This document shows, in pieces, positions 57,600 through 64,000 of a stretch of 64,000 nt of DNA. Both the position numbers and the translations under genes were made by a program. Below the pieces are notes generated by a model. The model did no database searches. It saw only the letters and a program-made list of their open reading frames with translations, and had not been told where the DNA came from. Origin of the DNA: Mycobacteriales bacterium (GTDB lineage Bacteria > Actinomycetota > Actinomycetes > JAFAQI01); the NCBI GenBank assembly GCA_036267755.1, contig DATAVK010000056.1:1989-65988 (forward strand), written 5' to 3'. Every line of letters starts with the position of its first letter. The first letter of the stretch is position 1.

Positions 57600-58874
57600 G
57601 TGAGCGAGGTCGTCGACGGGCACTCGCCGCCGGTCCCGCTGCTGGAGCCTCGCGGCGGGGTGCCGCCTGTCATCGCCACCCGCCGAGAGCTCGCCGAAGC
57701 CATCGACCGGATGGCGGCAGGAACCGGGCCGGTCGCGGTCGACGCCGAGCGTGCCTCGGGGTTCCGGTACGGCCAACGCGCCTACTTGGTCCAGCTTCGC
57801 CGCGAGGACGTCGGGACCATCCTCATCGACCCGATGGGTGTCCCGGACCTCGCTGGGCTCTCCGCGGCGCTCGCTGACGCCGAATGGGTCCTCCACGCGG
57901 CCTCGCAGGACCTGCCGTCGCTGCGGGAGACCGGGCTGGCCCCGAACCGGATCTTCGACACCGAGCTCGGCGCCCGGCTGGCCGGCTTCGAGCGGGTGGG
58001 GCTCGCCACCATGGTCGAGGTCCTGCTCGGGCGCGGGCTCGCCAAGGAGCACTCGGCCGTCGACTGGAGCCGCCGGCCGCTGCCCGAGCCGTGGTTGCGT
58101 TATGCCGCCCTCGACGTCGAGATTCTCGTCGACCTGCGGGACGCCGTGGCCGAAGAGCTGACTCGGCAAGGCAAGCTCGAGTGGGCCATGGAGGAGTTCC
58201 AAGCCGTCCTGGACGCGCCCGGCCCGGCCCCCCGCGCCGACCCCTGGCGCCGGACCAGCGGCATGCATCGGGTCCGCAGCCGCCGCCAGCTCGCCGTCGT
58301 ACGCGGGTTATGGGAAGCCCGCGACCAGATCGCCCGGCAGCGTGACACCGCCCCTGGCCGGGTGCTGCCGGACAGCGCGATCGTCGCGGCCGCCACCGCC
58401 TCCCCCGCGACCGTCGAGGGGCTGAGCCGGCTGCCCGGCTGGGGCGGCCGGTCGACCCGCCGGCTCGCGCCGGAGTTGTTTCCGGTGGTTACCGCGGCAC
58501 TCAACCTGCCCGAGACCGAGCTGCCGCGGCACTCCGTCCCCGGCGACGGGCCGCCACCGCCGAGCCGCTGGCCCGACCGGGATCCGATCGCGGCCGCGCG
58601 GCTCGCCCGGGCCCGAGCCGCGCTCGCCGGTATCGCGGAGGCTCACAATCTGCCGGCGGAGAATCTGCTGACCCCGGACGTCGTCCGGCGGCTGAGCTGG
58701 TCGCCACCGGAGCCGGCGGACGTCGACACGGTCGCTGCGTACCTCCGGCACGCCGGTGCCCGCAGCTGGCAGATCGACCTGACCGCCGGTCCGCTCGCCG
58801 AAGCGATGACCGCCACGGCCGCCCCGGACGACGACGAGACCCTCGAGGCAGATCCGGACATCGACGGGTCATGA
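57600..58874 (+). CDS. rnd: Ribonuclease D-like 3'-5' exonuclease with HRDC domain (Rv2681-like)
   Basis: 424 aa. The DEDDy exonuclease motifs are present (VAVDAERASGFRY, LHAASQDLPSL, YAALDVEIL), followed by an HRDC region. Confidence 0.88.
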   Translation: MSEVVDGHSPPVPLLEPRGGVPPVIATRRELAEAIDRMAAGTGPVAVDAERASGFRYGQRAYLVQLRREDVGTILIDPMGVPDLAGLSAALADAEWVLHAASQDLPSLRETGLAPNRIFDTELGARLAGFERVGLATMVEVLLGRGLAKEHSAVDWSRRPLPEPWLRYAALDVEILVDLRDAVAEELTRQGKLEWAMEEFQAVLDAPGPAPRADPWRRTSGMHRVRSRRQLAVVRGLWEARDQIARQRDTAPGRVLPDSAIVAAATASPATVEGLSRLPGWGGRSTRRLAPELFPVVTAALNLPETELPRHSVPGDGPPPPSRWPDRDPIAAARLARARAALAGIAEAHNLPAENLLTPDVVRRLSWSPPEPADVDTVAAYLRHAGARSWQIDLTAGPLAEAMTATAAPDDDETLEADPDIDGS

Positions 58875-59314
58875 GGCTGGATCGGCTCGACGCGGCGACG
58901 GCGCATGCCCTGCTGGCGGGTGACCTGGGGGGCCGCGAGACGGCCCCCGGCTGGCCGCACGAGGACACCGCGCCGGGGTTGCTGTTCGTCGATCACGGTG
59001 GTGAGGCCTTCCTCGTGATCGACGACGACGGCCGGATCGCCGGAGAGTGCGGCACCAAGTCGCCGCCCGACGCCGAGGGGATGGTCGAGATCGGCTACGG
59101 GCTGGGCACCGGAAGCCGCGGGCGCGGCCTGGGGACGGCAGCAGTCGCGGCTTTGGTCGCGTGGTTGCGGGCCGTGCCCGCAGTACGTCGGATCGAGGCT
59201 GAGGTGCACGCTTACAACGTCCCGTCGCAGCGCGTCGTCGAGCGCCAGGGTCTGGTCCGGGTCCATGACTCTGCTGTCGGATATCTCCGTTACCGCCTGG
59301 ACGTCACCGACTGA
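58871..59314 (+). CDS. GNAT-family N-acetyltransferase
   Basis: 147 aa with the acetyl-CoA motif RGRGLGTAAVAAL. It has an ATGA overlap with the rnd stop. Confidence 0.8.
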   Translation: MRLDRLDAATAHALLAGDLGGRETAPGWPHEDTAPGLLFVDHGGEAFLVIDDDGRIAGECGTKSPPDAEGMVEIGYGLGTGSRGRGLGTAAVAALVAWLRAVPAVRRIEAEVHAYNVPSQRVVERQGLVRVHDSAVGYLRYRLDVTD

Positions 59315-59396
59315 CCGTTTCGGGGACCCAAGATCACTCTCGCGGTTCACTCGCATGGCGGATCAAGTGATCGGGTCGCTTCGGTAAATTCACGCT

Positions 59397-60254
59397 ATGC
59401 CCACCTGGCCGGAGCCACCTCAGCTGCGGCGCTGTGCCCTGGGCGTCGCGGTCCTCAACGACATCGACGTGATCCCTGCGACCGACGGCGTGGTGCTGCC
59501 TGGACCTCCGCAGCTGAAGGTGATCTGGAGCGAGTGTCGTCGCGCGCTGGCTGGCGCCGACCCGGAGTCCGATGACGGCAGGGTCCGCGTCGCGCGATGG
59601 TTCGCGATGCGCCGCTGGCTGGCCGACCGGCCGATCGAGGACCTGGTGGAGCGCGCTCGGCCGTACGGCGCCAGCGTGACCTCACCGCTGCACCCCGGGC
59701 TGGACTGGGTCCGGCGGCGGGTCCTCGGGGACGCCCTCGACCTTGGGTTCGGCTTCGTCGGCATCGACCCGGCGGACGTCGAGCGAGTGGTCCCAGTCCC
59801 GCATGAGCTGCTGCGCGCGGCCGGCGTCGACCCGACTCACTGGTGGTCGACGGCCGTTGTCTACCTGGAGCGGATGGGAGAGATGGCGGCCGAGCGGATG
59901 ACCCGCTCGCCGAACGCCCCGCTTCGGCCGATGGGTGACTGCGACGTCGTCACGCTGCTCGGCTCCCGCACCTTCCGGCAGGCGATCGTCAAGGACGTCT
60001 TCGACGGGATGCGGACCGTCGCCGTACCCATGCGCTCCCGGGGCTGGCTCGACCTCAACCGGGTGGATCCAGCGTTCTCGGCGGCAGCTGCCCGGCTCAC
60101 CGCGGTCGAGGACCGGGGCTTCGACCGGCCGCTGCTGGTCACGCGCGACGAGCTGGCACTTGCCCGCGAGGGCGGCAACGTGGTCCGCGCGGCCACCGAG
60201 GACCGCCTCGCGCCGGTCATCGACCTGCGGGACGTCCTGTACCACCGCAACTGA
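59397..60254 (+). CDS. Hypothetical protein
   Basis: 285-aa ORF with coding-like composition and codon bias. No motif is recognised. Confidence 0.55.
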   Translation: MPTWPEPPQLRRCALGVAVLNDIDVIPATDGVVLPGPPQLKVIWSECRRALAGADPESDDGRVRVARWFAMRRWLADRPIEDLVERARPYGASVTSPLHPGLDWVRRRVLGDALDLGFGFVGIDPADVERVVPVPHELLRAAGVDPTHWWSTAVVYLERMGEMAAERMTRSPNAPLRPMGDCDVVTLLGSRTFRQAIVKDVFDGMRTVAVPMRSRGWLDLNRVDPAFSAAAARLTAVEDRGFDRPLLVTRDELALAREGGNVVRAATEDRLAPVIDLRDVLYHRN

Positions 60255-61260
60255 TCACGACCTTGCCGATCTGGTCGCCGCCGGCGAACAGGCCGAGGAA
60301 CGCATCTGGTGCCGAGTCCAGGCTCTCGTGCACGGTCTCGCGAGTGGCGATCTTCCCCTCGGCGAGCAGGCCGCCCACCTCGGCGAGGAACTCCGGCTGC
60401 TGGTCGAAGTGGTCGCTCACGATGAAGCCGCGCAACGTGAGCCGCTTCCCGACGGCCAGCCCTAGGTTGTCGATCGCGGTGCCGGCGCCGCCGTGGTACC
60501 CGGTGGAAATCGAGCCGCACAAGGCGATCCGGCCGAAGGCTCGCATCGCGTCGATGGCCGCCCGTAGCTGCTCGCCGCCGACGTTGTCGAAGTAGACGTC
60601 CACACCCTTCGGCGCCAGCCGGGCCAGGTGATCGCCGGGCTTGCCGTCGCGATGGCTGAACCCTGCGTCGTATCCGAACTCGTCGGTCAGCGACGCCACC
60701 TTGGCCGGTGAGCCGGCGCTGCCGATGACCAGACTGGCGCCTCGGAGCGGGGCCAGCTGCCCAGCGATCGATCCCACCGCACCCGCGGCGGCCGACACGA
60801 ACACGACATCGCCGTCGGCAACCGGCGCGATCAGCGTCACCCCGATCCAAGCGGTGAACCCGGGCACTCCCAGCACGCCGAGGTAGGCGCTGGGGCTGAC
60901 GCCCGGCGGTGGCGGAGGTAGCGGCTGCAGGGCCGAGCCGGGAGCGACGTACCGCTCCCGCCAGCCGAACATGCTCAGAACGACCGTGCCCTCCGGAAGC
61001 TTGGGGTCACGGCTGGCGACGACGACGCCGACCGCACCACCTTGCAGCGGCTCACCGACGGCGAACGGCGGGACGTAGCTGCGGACGTCGTTCATCCGGC
61101 CGCGCATGTACGGGTCCACCGAGAAGAAGTGGTTCTCGACCACGACCTCGCCGTCGGCGGGCTCGGGAAGCGTCACATCGACGATGTCGAAGCACTCCAC
61201 GGTGGCGTCGGACCCTGGCTCCGGACGCCGGGCGAGCCGGATCTCGCGGCTGGTGGTCAC
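60217..61260 (-). CDS. NADP-dependent medium-chain oxidoreductase (YncB/CurA, alkenal/one reductase-like); start trimmed from 62703
   Basis: Starts at GTG 61260 (VTTSREIRLARRPEP...). The sequence shows FFSVDPYMRGRM and the NADP fold VFVSAAAGAVGSIAGQLA. 347 aa. Confidence 0.85.
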   Translation of the reverse strand: MTTSREIRLARRPEPGSDATVECFDIVDVTLPEPADGEVVVENHFFSVDPYMRGRMNDVRSYVPPFAVGEPLQGGAVGVVVASRDPKLPEGTVVLSMFGWRERYVAPGSALQPLPPPPPGVSPSAYLGVLGVPGFTAWIGVTLIAPVADGDVVFVSAAAGAVGSIAGQLAPLRGASLVIGSAGSPAKVASLTDEFGYDAGFSHRDGKPGDHLARLAPKGVDVYFDNVGGEQLRAAIDAMRAFGRIALCGSISTGYHGGAGTAIDNLGLAVGKRLTLRGFIVSDHFDQQPEFLAEVGGLLAEGKIATRETVHESLDSAPDAFLGLFAGGDQIGKVVISCGGTGRPAGR

Positions 61261-61265
61261 GCGGC

Positions 61266-63164
61266 TCAGCCGCGGGACAAGACGTCGATGTCCGCACGCG
61301 CGGCTGCTTCCACGACCCGGCGGGCTATCTCCTGCGCCGACAGGCCCGCGGCGGCGAGCACGGCCGGCCGCTCGCCCTGGGCGAGGAAGCGCTGCGGCAA
61401 GGCGATCTCCCGAAGCGGTACGTCGATGTCGCGCGCCCGCAGCTCGCGCGACAACGCAGAGCCCACACCGCCGGCGATCACACCGTCCTCGATGACGACG
61501 ACGAGCGAGAACGTCGCGGCCAGCGCGGGCAGCGACTCGTCGACCGGGATGACCCAGCGCGGGTCGACGACGGTGACACCGAGGCCCTGCCGGGCGACCC
61601 GATCGGCCACGTCCAACGTCAGCCCGGCGAGCGCGCCGACCGACAGCAGGAGCACGTCGCTGGCCTCGTCGCGGCGCAGCACGTCCATCCCACCGACCCG
61701 GGCGATCGCGGCCACGTCGTCCGCGACTGCGGCCTTGGGGAAGCGCAGCGCCGTCGGACCATCCGACCACTCCACCGCTTCGCGTAGCTCGTCGCGGAGC
61801 CGGGTGGCGTCGCGGGGCGCCGCAACCCGCATGCCTGGCACGATGCCGAGGATCGACATGTCCCACATCCCGTTGTGCGACGCGCCGTCCGGACCCGTGA
61901 CGCCGGCCCGGTCCAGGACGAACGTCACCGGCAGCCGGTGCAGCGCCACGTCCATCAGCACCTGGTCGAACGCGCGGTTGAGGAATGTTGCGTAGATGCA
62001 GACCACGGGATGCAGGCCGCCCATCGCCATCCCCGCCGCCGACGTCACGGCGTGCTGCTCGGCGATCCCCACGTCGTACACCCGGTCCGGGAACGCGACC
62101 GAGAACGGCTCGAGCCCCACCGACCGCAGCATCGCCGCGGTCACCCCGACCACGTCGGGCCGCTCGTGCCCGATCCGGACCATCTCCTCGGCGAAGGTGT
62201 GGCTCCAGGTCGGTGCCGCCACGCCGACCGGTCGGCCGGTGACCGGGTCGATCACCCCGACCTGGTGGAACTGGTCGGCCTCGTCCTCGCGAGCCGGCGC
62301 GTATCCGCGGCCCTTCTCGGTCAGGCAGTGCACGATGACCGGCGCGCCGAAGTCGCGGGCCTTTCGCAACGCCTTCTCGAGCGCCTGCTCGTCGTGCCCG
62401 TCGATCGGACCGACGTACTTCAGCCCGAGATCCTCGAACATCACCTGCGGCTGGATGAAGTCCTTGAGGCCCTTCTTTGCGCCGTGCAACGCGTCGTAGA
62501 GCGGCCCTCCGACGAGCGGTGTCCGGGCGAGCGACACCTTGACGGCCTCGAGGACATGCTCGTACGACGGCGAGAGTCGCAGCGCCGCCAGATGCCGGGC
62601 CAGACCGCCGACAGTCGGCGAGTAGGACCGGCCGTTGTCGTTCACAACGATGATGACCGGCCGGTCGGGCGCGCCGGCGATGTTGTTCATCGCTTCCCAG
62701 CACATGCCGCCGGTCAGCGCGCCGTCTCCGACGACGGCGATGACCGAGCGGCCAGTTTCGCCGCGAACCGCGATCGCCTTCGCCAGTCCGTCCGCATACG
62801 ACAGCGCTGTCGAGGCGTGGGAGTTCTCGACCCAGTCGTGCGGACTCTCGGCCCGGGACGGGTAGCCGGACAGTCCGTCCTCCTGGCGCAGCCCCTCGAA
62901 GTCGGCCTGCCGGCCGGTCAGCAGCTTGTGGACGTAGGCCTGGTGGCCGGTGTCCCAGACGATCGCGTCGCGCGGGGAGTCGAACACCCGATGCAGGGCG
63001 ATCGTGAGCTCGACGACGCCGAGGTTGGGCCCGAGGTGTCCGGTGTGCCGCGACACGCAGTCGACCAGGAAGTCGCGGATCTCCTGGGCCAGGCCGTCGA
63101 GGTCCGCGGCCGGGAGCCGTCGCAGGTCGTCGGGGCCGCTCAACGAGGCGAGGACAGTTCTCAC
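61266..63164 (-). CDS. dxs: 1-deoxy-D-xylulose-5-phosphate synthase
   Basis: 632 aa with the TPP motif [16 protein letters not shown] and the conserved [12 protein letters not shown] and GIAEQHAVT blocks. Confidence 0.97.
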   Translation of the reverse strand: MRTVLASLSGPDDLRRLPAADLDGLAQEIRDFLVDCVSRHTGHLGPNLGVVELTIALHRVFDSPRDAIVWDTGHQAYVHKLLTGRQADFEGLRQEDGLSGYPSRAESPHDWVENSHASTALSYADGLAKAIAVRGETGRSVIAVVGDGALTGGMCWEAMNNIAGAPDRPVIIVVNDNGRSYSPTVGGLARHLAALRLSPSYEHVLEAVKVSLARTPLVGGPLYDALHGAKKGLKDFIQPQVMFEDLGLKYVGPIDGHDEQALEKALRKARDFGAPVIVHCLTEKGRGYAPAREDEADQFHQVGVIDPVTGRPVGVAAPTWSHTFAEEMVRIGHERPDVVGVTAAMLRSVGLEPFSVAFPDRVYDVGIAEQHAVTSAAGMAMGGLHPVVCIYATFLNRAFDQVLMDVALHRLPVTFVLDRAGVTGPDGASHNGMWDMSILGIVPGMRVAAPRDATRLRDELREAVEWSDGPTALRFPKAAVADDVAAIARVGGMDVLRRDEASDVLLLSVGALAGLTLDVADRVARQGLGVTVVDPRWVIPVDESLPALAATFSLVVVIEDGVIAGGVGSALSRELRARDIDVPLREIALPQRFLAQGERPAVLAAAGLSAQEIARRVVEAAARADIDVLSRG

Positions 63165-63260
63165 GTATCGGAGTCTAGAGCCGCAAAACGGTCCACACCC
63201 GTCAGGGCTCCCGGCCCAAACCCACCCTCGCGAGTCCTGACTCGTGATGGGTGCGCCGGC

Positions 63261-63662
63261 TCAGAGCCGGGCTGCCCACCGCTCGCCGCGCATGGCGCGC
63301 GCGACCAGGTCCACCGAACGGGCGCAGGCCTGCAGCCGCAACCGCTCCCGCTCATAGGTGGCGACCGCCTCGTCGACCGTCTCCGGCGGCACGACCTCGC
63401 GCAGGTCGTGGCGGACCGTGCGGATGCCTTGCTCGGTCGCGATGACGGCTCCGGTCACGCAGCTGCCGGCGAGGTGAGCCAGCACGACCGGGTATCGGCG
63501 CAGTACGTCGTACCCCCGAAAATCGGGCGGGCACAGGTCAAACAGCCAGCCGATGGCCGTGCGCTCCCAGTCCGGCGCCCCGGGCGGCCGGACCGCGTCG
63601 GGCCAACCCGGCGGAGCCACCGGCGGCCGGCTCACGCCTCGCGCACCAGCGTCGCCACGCAC
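63261..63662 (-). CDS. Hypothetical protein
   Basis: 133-aa ORF (..WERTAIGWLFDLCPPDFRGYDVLRRYPVVLAHLAG..). The start is uncertain because the 5' part overlaps the upstream gene end. Confidence 0.5.
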   Translation of the reverse strand: MRGDAGARGVSRPPVAPPGWPDAVRPPGAPDWERTAIGWLFDLCPPDFRGYDVLRRYPVVLAHLAGSCVTGAVIATEQGIRTVRHDLREVVPPETVDEAVATYERERLRLQACARSVDLVARAMRGERWAARL

Positions 63663-64000
63663 TCGACGTGCGCCGTCATCGGAAACAGGTCGAACGCCCG
63701 CAGCGCATCGAGTCGGTACCCGTGGCCGGCCAGCAACGACACGTCGCGGGCGAGCGACGACGGGTCGCAGGCGACGTGGACTATCCGTCGTGGCTCGGCG
63801 GCGACGATGCCGTCGATGACCGACTTGCCAGCTCCCTTACGGGGCGGGTCGAGGACCACCACGTCCGCCCTCGGGCGGGTTCGGGTCAGCCAGCGGTCGA
63901 CCCGGGCGGCGCTCACCGAGACGTTCGACAGGTCGGCGAGGTTGGCGACGGCGGCCGCGGCCGCGGCTCGGTCGCTCTCGACCGCCAGCACCCGGCCGGG
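63632..64000 (-). CDS. Class I SAM-dependent RNA (uracil-5) methyltransferase, TrmA/RlmD family, C-terminal part (5' end outside window)
   Basis: The sequence shows VVLDPPRKGAG and the C-terminal FDLFPMTAHVECVA, which is typical of the family. The reading frame remains open to the window edge. Confidence 0.8.
   Translation of the reverse strand, partial: PGRVLAVESDRAAAAAAVANLADLSNVSVSAARVDRWLTRTRPRADVVVLDPPRKGAGKSVIDGIVAAEPRRIVHVACDPSSLARDVSLLAGHGYRLDALRAFDLFPMTAHVECVATLVREA

Noticed and set aside
63219-63252. An imperfect inverted repeat (CCACCCTCGCGAGTC...GACTCGTGATGGGTG) between the 63261 ORF and the dxs start, which could be a terminator or an operator.
   Set aside because: The stem contains mismatches and has no U-tract. 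I cannot distinguish it from chance GC-rich self-complementarity without folding-energy calculation.

Overview
This is a high-GC, almost gap-free coding stretch of an actinobacterial chromosome. An SsgB-type gene and PIM-biosynthesis genes are present. Most of it is housekeeping backbone whose order I recognise from the mycobacterial reference map. (1) 1-16.5 kb, minus strand: secF-secD-yajC-ruvBAC-yebC-pdxT-pdxS-(hyp)-pimA-patA-pgsA, then HIT-thrS. This matches Rv2586c-Rv2614c, but an EF-G-like gene, a GlsB-like gene and a DUF4188 gene are inserted. (2) 16.9-24.1 kb: tRNA-Val, ssgB, hutI-hutU-hutH joined without gaps to a pabB/pabC-like pair, and a tRNA Gly-Cys-Val cluster. (3) 24.2-30.1 kb: miscellaneous genes (arylsulfotransferase-family lipoprotein, HGxxPAAW-like, YihY, AidB-like ACAD, YdeI, methyltransferase). 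(4) 30.2-36.4 kb: glgX-treY-treZ, followed by an S53 peptidase. (5) 38.1-43.3 kb: ligC and a LigD-type primase-polymerase, separated by a 3.1-kb islet of small orphan genes. (6) 43.4-46.3 kb: lipoprotein, msrB, usp, hydroxy-acid oxidase. (7) 46.3-64 kb: chdC-hemY-hemE ... DUF3000 ... rnd ... dxs (Rv2676c-Rv2682c order), with several insertions. I found no rRNA, CRISPR array, integrase or transposase. The best candidate for something undescribed is the roughly 5-kb module at 52.6-57.5 kb. It is a translationally coupled operon of an S8 subtilase with a C-terminal (SSWSA)x9 tryptophan repeat, a polytopic membrane/GAF-like protein with no output domain, and an intramembrane-type HisKA_3 kinase. 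A NarL-type regulator is transcribed divergently, and the whole module sits between genes that are normally adjacent. The second candidate is the ligC/prim-pol islet, which contains a frameshifted secreted-protein gene whose 3' frame is invisible on the ORF track. All functional calls come from motif recognition by eye and from remembered family knowledge. No database search was run.
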